Shown here: piece after piece, positions 28,680-37,936 of the stretch
Position numbering within the stretch: position 1 is the stretch's first letter
Layout: the number at the start of each line of letters is the position of its first letter
From: a bacterium
GTDB lineage: Bacteria > UBA8248
DNA length: 64,000 nt
Assembly (NCBI GenBank): GCA_965203325.1
Contig: OZ241875.1
Location: forward strand, 1,088,001 to 1,152,000
Direction: 5' to 3'
Program-made: the position numbers and the translations under genes
Notes under the pieces: generated by a model
The model's database searches: none
What the model was told of the DNA's origin: nothing
The model's input: the letters and a program-made list of their open reading frames with translations, nothing else

Positions 28680-29093
28680 ACGCGGGGCGCATCCGGGCCG
28701 AGAGCGCAGACGCGGGCCTCGGGGCGCGTTTCACCTTCACGCTGCCGGCGGAGGAGGAGACCGGAGCGGCGGGCGCGCCGCCCGCGCACGGCAGGGGGAG
28801 TGAACCCGCTCGCGTCCTGGTGGTGGACGACGACCCCGAGACGCTGCGCCACGCCCGCGAGGCGCCCGAGCTGGCCGACCTGCCGGTCATCTTCATCTCG
28901 GCCTACGGGCATGAGGAGACCGTCGTGCGTGCGCTCGATGGTCTGGGGGAGGCGCGAGGACGCGGGCGTGCAGGCGGTGCGCAACTTCGTGAAGAAGCTC
29001 CGCCGCAAGCTCGGCGACGACCCCGCGCAGCCCGCCTTCATCCACAACGTGCGCGGCGTCGGCTACCGCATGCCGAAGCCCGGCGAGACGTAG
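28680..29093 (+). pseudogene. Collapsed hybrid sensor kinase/response regulator remnant
   Basis: Consecutive fragments: HATPase (GRIRAES...GARFTFTLP), receiver (VLVVDDDP; LPVIFISAYG) and frameshifted OmpR wHTH end (VRNFVKKLRRKLGDDP...VRGVGYR). Confidence 0.8.
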
Positions 29094-29355
29094 CAATCCC
29101 CAACACGGGCCCGCCGTGATGCGCTGGAGTTGGAACGAGTCCGCTTTCGGCTTGTTTACGGACTCTTCAGGGCTGGTTCGAGAACGGGCCGGTAGCAGTT
29201 ATGAAAAATGAATATACAGAAATGATATCAACGCGTTACGGGAACTCCGCAGTAAAGGGAAAAAGACCGGCATCCCTGGATATCTGGATTTTCCGGGAAT
29301 TTACGGAAAAACCCCGCAAATTTATCGAATTTTATCGAATTGTTTACTATTTCCC

Positions 29356-30489
29356 CTAAAGCAGACTCACCACCCGTTCGAGTTCTTCTTCGGTGTTATA
29401 GAAATGCGGCGCGAAGCGAAGGCCGTTGTTGCGCGCGCTGGCGATGACTCTCTTCTCGCGCAGGCGCGCCGCCGCCTTGGGCGGATCGGGCGACTCGATG
29501 CTCACGATGGCGGCGCGCTGCTCCCAGGGGCGAGGCGTCAGAATCTTCTCGCCCCGCCTCTCCAACAACTCCATCAGATACGTCGTCAGCCCCCGCACGC
29601 GCGCCTCGACCTGAGCAAGCCCCACTTCTGCCAGGAACTCGACCGAGCGGCCGAGCACCCATAATCCCAGATAATTCTGGTTCCCGATCTCGAAGCGGCC
29701 GGCGTCCGGGGCCAGTCCGACCTCCATCCGGGGACGCGCTTCAGGCACCATGCTGGCGCGGGCATAGAAAGGGGGCTTCATCCCGGGAATCAGGTCTTCG
29801 CGGCAATAGAGAAAACCCGTGCCCGGCAGGCCGAGCAACCCCTTGTGCCCGCCGCAGACCACGATGTCCGCCCCGAGGACAGGCAGCGACGCCGAGAGGA
29901 TTCCGACCCCCTGAATCGCGTCCGTCATCAAGACGACCCCGCGCTCGCGGCAGGCCGCGCCCAGAGCGGGCAGGTCCACCCGGCAGCCCGTGCCGAAAGT
30001 CACGTAGGAGACCGCCACGACGCGCGTTCGCTCGTCCATCGCTTCGATGAACGCCTCCACGGAGGGGTAGCCGTCCCCGTTTCGCACCCACCTGAGTTCG
30101 ACGCCGTTTTCCTCCAGGCGCTTCCAGGCGTACACCTGGTTCGGGTGGTCCATTTCCGCCTGGATGACGTTGTCCCCCGCCTTGAGATCGAGTGCCTGCG
30201 CGGCGATGTTCAATCCCTCCGACGTGTTCTTGATGAACGCGAGCGCTCCCGGCGATACGCCTAGGAGCGATGCCAGTGAGGTGCGGATCTCCTCCACGCG
30301 CAGCTTGGAGAAGGCTTCCCGGACGCCGCCTTCGTTCATCTCCCGCAGGAAATCGGGGATGGCGTCTTGGGCGCACCGGGGAAGGGGCGCCTTGTTGGCG
30401 AGGTCGAGATAGGTCCAGTTCCGGGTGACGGGAAACGCTTCTCGCAGCGCCGCAAAATCAGGAGCAACCGCCCCCTGTTGTTCGTTCAT
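29356..30489 (-). CDS. Class V aminotransferase-fold PLP-dependent enzyme
   Basis: YLDLA, NTSEGL, TDAIQ, GGHKGLLG (PLP Lys), LRFAPHFYN. Confidence 0.9.
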   Translation of the reverse strand: MNEQQGAVAPDFAALREAFPVTRNWTYLDLANKAPLPRCAQDAIPDFLREMNEGGVREAFSKLRVEEIRTSLASLLGVSPGALAFIKNTSEGLNIAAQALDLKAGDNVIQAEMDHPNQVYAWKRLEENGVELRWVRNGDGYPSVEAFIEAMDERTRVVAVSYVTFGTGCRVDLPALGAACRERGVVLMTDAIQGVGILSASLPVLGADIVVCGGHKGLLGLPGTGFLYCREDLIPGMKPPFYARASMVPEARPRMEVGLAPDAGRFEIGNQNYLGLWVLGRSVEFLAEVGLAQVEARVRGLTTYLMELLERRGEKILTPRPWEQRAAIVSIESPDPPKAAARLREKRVIASARNNGLRFAPHFYNTEEELERVVSLL

Positions 30490-30575
30490 CGAATTTCTCC
30501 CGTTAGATAAGTCGGTAAACCCTTATTCGGATGATTATATACAATCCTGCCCGAAGGGGTTGTTGAAAAAGCCCT
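30444..30575. repeat. 132-bp direct repeat, copy 1 (promoter + RBS + first 15 codons of the PLP enzyme + IS-like end)
   Basis: Matches 32449-32580 with about 8 mismatches. Confidence 0.93.
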
Positions 30576-30628
30576 GATTTCGTGATTTGTCGTATGGAGA
30601 TGAGGGAATGACGATCAAAACCGCACCG

Positions 30629-30735
30629 CCTCATCCTGAATAGCGGCGAAGCCGCATATCGAAGGCCAAACGCGATTGATGAACGAGTGTTTGCTCTCGC
30701 CACGGCGCGAGCCTCTCGCCCTTCGATACGCCGCC
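30629..30735. repeat. Truncated palindromic intergenic repeat (CCTCATCCTGA...CTTCGATACG family)
   Basis: Related to intact element 41563-41643; 18-nt exact reverse-complement match. Confidence 0.7.
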
Positions 30736-30904
30736 GTTCGGATTTGCGCTGTTTTACATGAAGGGCGTGGGCCCACCCCAGGTCAAGATCCAGCAGGTCT
30801 GCACCGGAATCATTCCGTTCGTGCTTCTGCAACTGACCGGACGGGCGCTTATCATGGCATTTCCGGAAATCGCCATGCGGCTGCCGAGACAGCTGCTCAA
30901 TTGA
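30728..30904 (+). pseudogene. C-terminal fragment of TRAP transporter large permease (DctM)
   Basis: Frame reads TPPFGFALFYMKGVGPPQVKIQQVCTGIIPFVLLQL...FPEIAMRLP, a canonical DctM C-terminus; no start codon. Confidence 0.85.
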
Positions 30905-32321
30905 GCTGTTCCCGGGCCGGTGCGGCCAGATCGGGCCTTCGGTCGGCCCACGGTCTGGCGGCCTCGAACGCGGCGGCGGCGCGGAAGATGTCTTCCTCGT
31001 GCAGGATCTTCGAAACCATCTGCATGCCCACGGGCAGGCCGTCCCGGGTCCATCCCGCCGGCACCGAGGCGGCCGGCTGGCCCGTCAGGTTGAACGGATA
31101 GGTGTAGTAGACCCAGGATACGATGTTGCGGCCGGGCAGCTCAGGCGGCGCGTTGCAGTTCACGTCGAAAGCCGGGACGGGAAGCGTCGGCGTCAGGAGC
31201 AGATCGTAGTCCTCGAAGAAGAGGCGCATCTTCTCGCGGAAGTCGTAGCGCCGGAAAACCTTCCCGTAATACTCGTCCAGTTCCTGATCGAGGGCGCCGG
31301 CGAGCACGTCGGCAACCGCCGGGTCGAGCAGGTCCGGCTTGTCGGCGAGCACATCCTTGAGCCGGGTTCCGACGCCGGCGTAGAACTCGGCCATCCAAAT
31401 GGGGAGCGGGTCCTCTTCCATGACCTGTTCGACCAGGTCCACGGTGCAGCCGAGATCCTCGAACACCCTGACGGCCTCCTCGACGATCCGGACCACCTCG
31501 CCGGTCGGCTGCGCGTAGCCAAGCGTCGGGCTCCAGGCCAGGCGCATGCCCTCGACCGGACGCTCGCAGGCGGCCAGGAAGTCGGGCACGGGCTGCGCGA
31601 CGCCGAAGGGATCCCGGCGGTCGTGCCCGGCGACGGCGTTCAGCAGGAGCGCCCCGTCGCGCACGGTGCGGGTGAGCGGGCCGACATGGGCGAGCGTCGG
31701 CGTGGCGGCCGCCGGGAAGACCCCGACGCGCGCGAACTGCGCCTTGATGCCGAAAAGGCCGCTGAGCGAACTCGGGATGCGGACGGACCCGCCGCCGTCA
31801 GTTCCGAGCGCGAACGGTGTGACCCCGGCGGCAACGCTGGTCGCGGCGCCGCAGCTCGATCCGCCCGGCGTCTTGGCGAGATTCCAGGCGTTCGGCGTCA
31901 CCCCGGTCAGCGGGCTGTCGCCGACCGCCTTGCAGCCGAACTCGCTGGTCGTCGACTTGCCGACGATGCAGCCGCCCTGCCGCCGCACCCGGTCCACCGA
32001 GGGCGCGTCAACCGCCGCGACGTTGTCCGCCATCGCCCGGGAGCCGAAGGTCAGCTTCAGGCCGTCCACGGCGATCAGGTCCTTCACCGAGATGGGTAGG
32101 CCGTGCAGCAGTCCGAGCTCTTCGCCGGACATGACGGCCTTTTCGGCCTGCCGCGCCGCTTCGAGGGCGAGGTCGGGCGAGGTCTGGACGAAACAGTTGA
32201 GCGTCGGCTCCAGCCCGTCCATGCGCTCCAGGGACGACCCGACGAGTTCGACCGGCGAGATGTCGCCGCGCGCGATCAGGTCCTTCAACTCGATTGCCGT
32301 CATGAACGCGAAATCGCTCAT
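30897..32321 (-). CDS. Amidase signature family enzyme
   Basis: GLPISVKD, GGSSCG and TDGGGSVRIP Ser-cisSer-Lys motifs. Confidence 0.93.
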   Translation of the reverse strand: MSDFAFMTAIELKDLIARGDISPVELVGSSLERMDGLEPTLNCFVQTSPDLALEAARQAEKAVMSGEELGLLHGLPISVKDLIAVDGLKLTFGSRAMADNVAAVDAPSVDRVRRQGGCIVGKSTTSEFGCKAVGDSPLTGVTPNAWNLAKTPGGSSCGAATSVAAGVTPFALGTDGGGSVRIPSSLSGLFGIKAQFARVGVFPAAATPTLAHVGPLTRTVRDGALLLNAVAGHDRRDPFGVAQPVPDFLAACERPVEGMRLAWSPTLGYAQPTGEVVRIVEEAVRVFEDLGCTVDLVEQVMEEDPLPIWMAEFYAGVGTRLKDVLADKPDLLDPAVADVLAGALDQELDEYYGKVFRRYDFREKMRLFFEDYDLLLTPTLPVPAFDVNCNAPPELPGRNIVSWVYYTYPFNLTGQPAASVPAGWTRDGLPVGMQMVSKILHEEDIFRAAAAFEAARPWADRRPDLAAPAREQLN

Positions 32322-32494
32322 CGTTCCTGTCCGTCGAGCCACCCGCCAAGCGTCTCAAGCGTCTTCGCAAACCGCTCGATTTCATCCACGTCTATCGCGC
32401 TGAAGGTCCGGAATAGATCCTGGCCGATGTCCTTGTGGATCCTGTCGAGCAGCGCCGCAAAATCAGGAGCCACCGCCCCCTGTTGTTCGTTCAT
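32318..32494 (-). CDS. 58-aa chimeric ORF (N-terminus of the PLP enzyme fused to a foreign C-terminus)
   Basis: MNEQQGAVAPDFAAL identical to the start of 29356-30489, then LDRIHKDIG...WLDGQER; stop overlaps the amidase ATG (ATGA). Confidence 0.6.
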   Translation of the reverse strand: MNEQQGAVAPDFAALLDRIHKDIGQDLFRTFSAIDVDEIERFAKTLETLGGWLDGQER

Positions 32495-32580
32495 CCGTTT
32501 TCTCCCGTTAGATAAGTCGGTAAACCCTTATTCGGATGATTATATACAATCTTACCCGAAGAGGTTGTTGAAAAAACCCT
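32449..32580. repeat. 132-bp direct repeat, copy 2
   Basis: Matches 30444-30575, offset 2005 bp. Confidence 0.93.
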
Positions 32581-32640
32581 CGCCGAGTCACTCATCTCCC
32601 AAACCGAAAGAGCGGCATCCGCCAGGCGCTGGTCGTCCAC

Positions 32641-33942
32641 CTACGCCGCGCCGCACCATTCCAGGATCAGGTGGAGCAGCCCCTCGACGGAGAGTTCAAG
32701 CTCGTCGATATACGTGAACTCGTCGGGGATGTGGCCCCGCGGGCATTCCCCGCCGAACATGATCGTCGGCGTGCCGCCGTAGAGGACCGGGAACCGCATG
32801 TCCGTCGTCCCGTTCAGCGCCTGACGCTGGCAGGGACGGCCCGTTACACGTTCGGCTACCGACAACGCCGTTTTGACGAACGGGTGTTCGGGGTCGGTGA
32901 GGCAGGGCTCCGCGCGCCTCTCCGTCCATTCCAGACGGGGCGGATGCTCGCGAAGCCACGGGTCGGCCCCGGCTGCCCGGGCGAGGTGGCCTTCCACGAG
33001 CCCTTTCACTTCTTCCAGGCTCTCTCTCGGGGCCACCCCCGCCACGCCCTCCAGAACGCACTCGGCCGGGAGCTGGCCGATGGACACCCCCGCGCGGATC
33101 ACGGTCACCACGAGGTTCACCGTGCGGGGCTTAAGCCCGCTTATCTCGAAACGCTTTTCCACCAGCGGTTCGCGAACCGCCCCTGCTCTTTGCGCGTCCA
33201 GCTCCCTGAGTGCTGCGTGGATAAATTCTGCTTTCTCGATGGCGTTCACGAAAAGGTGCGCCGAGCCCTTGTGACCGGCCTGGCCCGGCACGGTGATCCG
33301 GAAACTCACGTCGCCGCCCGAACCGATGTCCACGCCGCCGAGTCCCCCCGGCTTCATGTGCGTGTAAACGGCGCCATCCGCCTTTAAGCCGCGCAGAACG
33401 CACGCCAGCATGCCCCCGCCGCCGCCTTCTTCCTCTTCGACGGTGGAGAGAAGCGTCAGATCGCCCTTCAAGCGCACCCCGGCGTTCTTCAAGGCCCGGG
33501 CGCACGCGATCATGACGGCCAGCCCCGACTTGGCGTCTCCTGACCCCCGTCCATAGAGGCGGCCCTCTTCCACCTCGCCGCCGAAGGGGTCCTTGGTCCA
33601 GGCGCTTCGCGGCCCCGGCGGAACCGTATCGGCATGGCAAAAGAGAAAGAGCGACCTGCCGCCTCCCGCGCCCCGCAAGCGGCCGATCACGTTGGGCCGC
33701 CCCGCGTAACCCCTCTCCAGCGATGAGCGCGGGGCCGAGAACGCCGGATGCTCTCTTAATTCCTCCAAATCCGCCTCGAACGCCTCCACCTCGAGGCCGG
33801 CGCTGGCGAATCTTTCCTGCACCAGACTCTGGATCGCCGCCTCCTCTCCCGTGGGGCTGGGAATCCGGACGAGTTCCTGAAGCAGGGCGGCCACGTCGAC
33901 TCGCCGGGCCTGTGAAATCACCTTATCGATAATGTCGCTCAT
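32641..33942 (-). CDS. M20/ArgE-DapE family metallo-amidohydrolase
   Basis: CHADTV, LYGRGSGDAKSG, VEEE, GHIPDE. Confidence 0.9.
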   Translation of the reverse strand: MSDIIDKVISQARRVDVAALLQELVRIPSPTGEEAAIQSLVQERFASAGLEVEAFEADLEELREHPAFSAPRSSLERGYAGRPNVIGRLRGAGGGRSLFLFCHADTVPPGPRSAWTKDPFGGEVEEGRLYGRGSGDAKSGLAVMIACARALKNAGVRLKGDLTLLSTVEEEEGGGGGMLACVLRGLKADGAVYTHMKPGGLGGVDIGSGGDVSFRITVPGQAGHKGSAHLFVNAIEKAEFIHAALRELDAQRAGAVREPLVEKRFEISGLKPRTVNLVVTVIRAGVSIGQLPAECVLEGVAGVAPRESLEEVKGLVEGHLARAAGADPWLREHPPRLEWTERRAEPCLTDPEHPFVKTALSVAERVTGRPCQRQALNGTTDMRFPVLYGGTPTIMFGGECPRGHIPDEFTYIDELELSVEGLLHLILEWCGAA

Positions 33943-33952
33943 GAATAATCCT

Positions 33953-34984
33953 CTAAGCGTATGAATCGGCCGCGGCTTCGACGCCGACGTCGCCCGCGAA
34001 ATGACAGGCCACCGTATGGCCGGGCTGGAGTTCCCGAAGGGCCGGCTTCTCTTCCACGCAGCGCTTCTCGCTGTAGGGGCAACGGGTATGGAAGCGGCAC
34101 CCCGTCGGCGGGTCGAGGGCGGAGGGAACCTCTCCCTCGAGGATGATGCGCCGCCGCTTTCTGGCCTTCACCGGGTCCGCCACCGGGGTGGCCGAGAGCA
34201 GCGCCTGCGTATAGGGGTGCAGGGGGGTCGTGAAGAGCGACTCCACCGCCGCAAGCTCCACGATCTCGCCCAGGTACATGACCCCCACCCTGTCGCAGAC
34301 CGAGCGCACGACACCCAGGTCGTGCGTGATGAAGAGGTAGGAGAGATCGTGCTGCGCCTGAAGCGCTTTCAGGAGGTTCAGAATCTGGGCGCGGATGGAA
34401 ATGTCGAGCGAGGAGACCGGCTCGTCTGCGATCACCAGCCGGGGCTTGAGCGTGAGCGCCCGCGCGATGCCGATGCGCTGGCGCTGGCCGCCGCTGAGCT
34501 GGTGGGGATAGCGGTCCATGAAGATTTCGCCCGGCTCCATGCCCACCTGGTTCAGGAGTCCGACGATGGTCTCATCGATCTCCCCTTTCTCCGCCGCGTC
34601 ATGATTGAGGAGGGGCTGGCGCAGGATGGCCCGCACGGTGCGCCTGGGATTCAGGGATTCGAAGGGGTCCTGAAAGATCATCTGCACGTCGCGGTTGTAC
34701 TGCTTGAGGGCGGGTCCGCTCAGCTCCGCGACCTCTTGCTCGTCGAAGAGGATGCTCCCGTCATCGGGCTTCTCCAGTTTCGCCAGCAGGCGGGCCGTCG
34801 TCGTTTTCCCGCAGCCGCTCTCGCCCACCAGGGCGAACGATTCGCCGGCGCTGAGCGAGAAGCTGATGTCGTCCACGGCGTGCACGTGGCGGGGAGGCCG
34901 GAGCCATCCCCCGTCGACCGGAAAATGCTTCGTCAGCCTTTGCACTTGCAGGAGTGATTGGTTCATCGCGGCGAGATCACTCAT
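33953..34984 (-). CDS. Peptide/nickel-type ABC transporter ATPase (OppF/DppF-like)
   Basis: GESGCGKT, LSGGQRQR, ADEP, GCRFHTRCP. Confidence 0.93.
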   Translation of the reverse strand: MSDLAAMNQSLLQVQRLTKHFPVDGGWLRPPRHVHAVDDISFSLSAGESFALVGESGCGKTTTARLLAKLEKPDDGSILFDEQEVAELSGPALKQYNRDVQMIFQDPFESLNPRRTVRAILRQPLLNHDAAEKGEIDETIVGLLNQVGMEPGEIFMDRYPHQLSGGQRQRIGIARALTLKPRLVIADEPVSSLDISIRAQILNLLKALQAQHDLSYLFITHDLGVVRSVCDRVGVMYLGEIVELAAVESLFTTPLHPYTQALLSATPVADPVKARKRRRIILEGEVPSALDPPTGCRFHTRCPYSEKRCVEEKPALRELQPGHTVACHFAGDVGVEAAADSYA

Positions 34985-35960
34985 AAAGCCAGCAAGCCAC
35001 CATCCGTCCCTCCCCCAGATCGAGAGATGGCGGCGACTCCTCGCGGCAGATGTCTTTGACGTGGGGGCAGCGCGGGTGGAAGCGGCAGCCCGAGGGCATG
35101 TCCGTCGGGTTCGGCACCTGCCCCTCGATGGTTTCGAATACCTCCACCCGCTTGTCGGGGCTGAGCGTCGAACGCAGGAGGCCCTCCGTGTAGGGGTGTT
35201 TCGGTTCGGCGAACAGGGTGAAGGTGTCGGCGTGCTCGACAATCTGGCCCGCGTACATGATGTAGATACGGTCGCAATGCTCCGCCACCAGACCGATATC
35301 GTGGGTGATCAGGAACAGGGCGTTTTGGAGTTCCTCGCGGAGGTGGGCGAGCAGGTCCATGATCTGCGCCTGGATGGTCACGTCGAGCGCCGTGGTGGGC
35401 TCATCGGCGATGAGCAGGGAGGGGCGGCACGAGATGGCCATGGCGATGAGCACCCGCTGGCGCATCCCGCCGCTCAACTGATGGGGGTAGCTGTCATATA
35501 CCCTCTGGGGCGACGGGATGCCGACGCGCTCGAACGCGTCGAGCACCTGCGAGCGCGCCTCCCCCTTCGAGACCTCCTGGTGCTCCAGCACCACTTCCGC
35601 CACCTGGGCGCCGGCCCGCATGACGGGGTTCAGGTACGTCATGGGGTCCTGAAAGACCATGGCGATCTCCGTCCCGCGGAGGTCGCACATGCTCGCCGTG
35701 TCCAGCGTCAGGAGATCCACGTCGTTCAGCAGTATCTCGCCCGAGAGGATGCGGGCCACGACCGGCTGGAGCCGGATGATGGTGAGCGCCGTCATGGATT
35801 TCCCGGAGCCCGACTCCCCGACCAGCGCAACGGCTTCTTTGCGGTTCACCTCAAGCGAGACGCCGTCTACGGCCTTGATCACGCCGGAGGGCACGTCGAG
35901 GTAGGTCCTGAGGTCTGAGACCCGCAGGAGGCCGTTTCCGTTTTCAGCGTTCGCGTTCAT
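34977..35960 (-). CDS. Peptide/nickel-type ABC transporter ATPase (OppD/DppD-like)
   Basis: GESGSGKS, LSGGMRQR, ADEPTTALD, GCRFHPRCP. Confidence 0.93.
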   Translation of the reverse strand: MNANAENGNGLLRVSDLRTYLDVPSGVIKAVDGVSLEVNRKEAVALVGESGSGKSMTALTIIRLQPVVARILSGEILLNDVDLLTLDTASMCDLRGTEIAMVFQDPMTYLNPVMRAGAQVAEVVLEHQEVSKGEARSQVLDAFERVGIPSPQRVYDSYPHQLSGGMRQRVLIAMAISCRPSLLIADEPTTALDVTIQAQIMDLLAHLREELQNALFLITHDIGLVAEHCDRIYIMYAGQIVEHADTFTLFAEPKHPYTEGLLRSTLSPDKRVEVFETIEGQVPNPTDMPSGCRFHPRCPHVKDICREESPPSLDLGEGRMVACWLYE

Positions 35961-36856
35961 AGGCCGGTCCGGTGAATCTCGGAGGAGCGGGGATTGAGCA
36001 CGTCGTTCAGGCCGTCTCCCAGCAGATTGAGCGTCAGGACAGAGAGAAAGATGCCCAGACCAGGATACACGGCCATCCACCACGCCTGGCGCAGAAAGGG
36101 CTGGGCCTCGTACAGCATCCGCCCCCAGGTGACCAGGCTGGGGTCTCCCAGGCCCAGATAGCTCAAGCCCGCTTCGAGCAGCATCGCCTGCGCCGTCAGC
36201 AGCGAGGCGTTCACGACCACGACCCCGATGGCGTTCGGCAGTATCTCGCGAAAGATGATCGTCGAGCGCTTCGTGCCGATCACGTGCGCGGCATCCACGA
36301 ACTGCCGCGTTCGCAGGGTCAGGAACTCCGAGCGGACGAGGCGGGCCGTCACCGGCCACGTCAGGATGGAGATGGCCAGGATGATGTTCCAGATGTTCGC
36401 CCCGAAGAAGGCCACGATGATCAGGGCGAGGAAAAAGCGCGGAATCACCATGAAAGTCTCGGTGAGGCGCATCAGGATATCGTCCACCCAACCGCCCAGG
36501 TAGCCCGAGATCGTGCCCACGAAAAGTCCCAGGACCGTCGTGGCGAAAGCCGCCGAGAAGCCGACGAAGATCGAGACCCGGCCGCCCCACAGGATGCGGC
36601 TGAAGACGTCGCGGCCGAGATTGTCTACGCCCATGAGGTTGCGGAAGCTGTGCCCGCCCAGCCTTGAGCCCGAACCCAGCGCGTAAGGGTCATAGGGCGC
36701 CAGGATGGGCGCGAACAACACCAGCAGGACCAGCACCAGAAGAATGGACCCTGCGATGGGCACCGCGCGATTCTGGCTGAACGCGCCCCAGATGGCTCTC
36801 CACTGGGGCCCTCTGTTCGAGTTTCGATGATCGATTGTATCCGCCGATGTCGTCAC
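35957..36856 (-). CDS. ABC transporter permease (OppC/DppC-like)
   Basis: GVDNLGRDVFSR, EAA-like loop, LSYLGLG, NLLGDGL. Confidence 0.93.
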   Translation of the reverse strand: MTTSADTIDHRNSNRGPQWRAIWGAFSQNRAVPIAGSILLVLVLLVLFAPILAPYDPYALGSGSRLGGHSFRNLMGVDNLGRDVFSRILWGGRVSIFVGFSAAFATTVLGLFVGTISGYLGGWVDDILMRLTETFMVIPRFFLALIIVAFFGANIWNIILAISILTWPVTARLVRSEFLTLRTRQFVDAAHVIGTKRSTIIFREILPNAIGVVVVNASLLTAQAMLLEAGLSYLGLGDPSLVTWGRMLYEAQPFLRQAWWMAVYPGLGIFLSVLTLNLLGDGLNDVLNPRSSEIHRTGL

Positions 36857-36868
36857 GATCCCAGATTC

Positions 36869-37852
36869 CTAGTTATACGCCACGCGCGGGTCGATCAAGG
36901 CGTAGAGAATGTCCGTGATGAGGTTCGCCAGCATGATCATCATCGAGACGACGAGGAAGATCCCCAGAATCATCGGGTAGTCCCGCGCGGTGATGGATTC
37001 GAAGATCAGCCGGCCCATGCCCGGCCACCCGAACACGGTCTCGGTGAACACCGAACCCGCCATGACGTAGGCGAAATTGATGCCGATCACGGTGACCACC
37101 GGGAGCAGCGCATTGCGCAGGGCGTGCCGGTAGAGCACGCGGCGTTCGTTCAATCCCTTGGATTTCGCGGTCAGGATGAAGTCCTGTGCGAGCGTCTCCT
37201 GCATCTTGCCCCGCGTGATCCGGAACACGAGGGTCATGTGATAGGTAGCGTAGGTGATCGCGGGCAGGAGCAGGTGCTTCAGGACGTCCAGGACCGCAGG
37301 CCAGCCGGGCTCCACCCCGCGCATCGAGTACATGCCCTGGCTCGGCAGCCAGTCCAGATAAAGGGCGAAAAAGAGTATGAGAAGCTGTCCCAGCCAGAAG
37401 ATGGGCATCGAATAGCCGGCGAGCGAAGCCAGGGTCGCCAGGTGGTCGCCCACCGAATAGGAATAGCGCGATGCGATGACGCCGAGAACCACCCCCATGA
37501 GGCTGGCGATGGAGAATGCCGTCGCCATCAGGAGCATGGTCGCGGGCAGGCGATCGATGATGACGCCGAGTACGGGGGAGTTGTGCCAGGTGGAATAGCC
37601 CAGGTCCAGATGAAGCAGCTTCCAGAGGTAAATCCCCATCTGGACGTAAAGCGGCTTGTCCAGGCCGAACTCCTTGCGCAGCTCCGCGTAGGCCTCCGGC
37701 GTGGCCTCGGTGACGCTGGCCAGGTAAATGGCCGGGTCGCCCGGAGCGAGATGGATGATGGTGAAGTTGATGATGATGACCCAGAAAACGAGAGGGACGG
37801 CCTGAAGGATTCGCCTTACGCTGTAACGCAGAAGCGGATAATCACCTGCCAT
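36869..37852 (-). CDS. ABC transporter permease (OppB/DppB-like)
   Basis: LAPGDP, RLPAT, TAKSKGL, HALRNA, LYALIDPR. Confidence 0.93.
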   Translation of the reverse strand: MAGDYPLLRYSVRRILQAVPLVFWVIIINFTIIHLAPGDPAIYLASVTEATPEAYAELRKEFGLDKPLYVQMGIYLWKLLHLDLGYSTWHNSPVLGVIIDRLPATMLLMATAFSIASLMGVVLGVIASRYSYSVGDHLATLASLAGYSMPIFWLGQLLILFFALYLDWLPSQGMYSMRGVEPGWPAVLDVLKHLLLPAITYATYHMTLVFRITRGKMQETLAQDFILTAKSKGLNERRVLYRHALRNALLPVVTVIGINFAYVMAGSVFTETVFGWPGMGRLIFESITARDYPMILGIFLVVSMMIMLANLITDILYALIDPRVAYN

Positions 37853-37886
37853 GGATCGCCCCTCGGTGAGACGTCAGGAAACCCGC

Positions 37887-37912
37887 GGGGCCCCGCCCGG
37901 AGACGGGGCCCC
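37887..37912. other. Intercistronic GC stem-loop after the solute-binding protein gene
   Basis: GGGGCCCCG-N8-CGGGGCCCC. Confidence 0.55.
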
Positions 37913-37936
37913 TGAAACACGTTTCGAATACCGGGA

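Noticed and set aside
29356..30489. Cysteine desulfurase/selenocysteine lyase call, tempting because of the nearby selenoprotein
   Set aside because: The C-terminal catalytic Cys loop is absent (ASARNNGLRF), so only the class V fold is supported.
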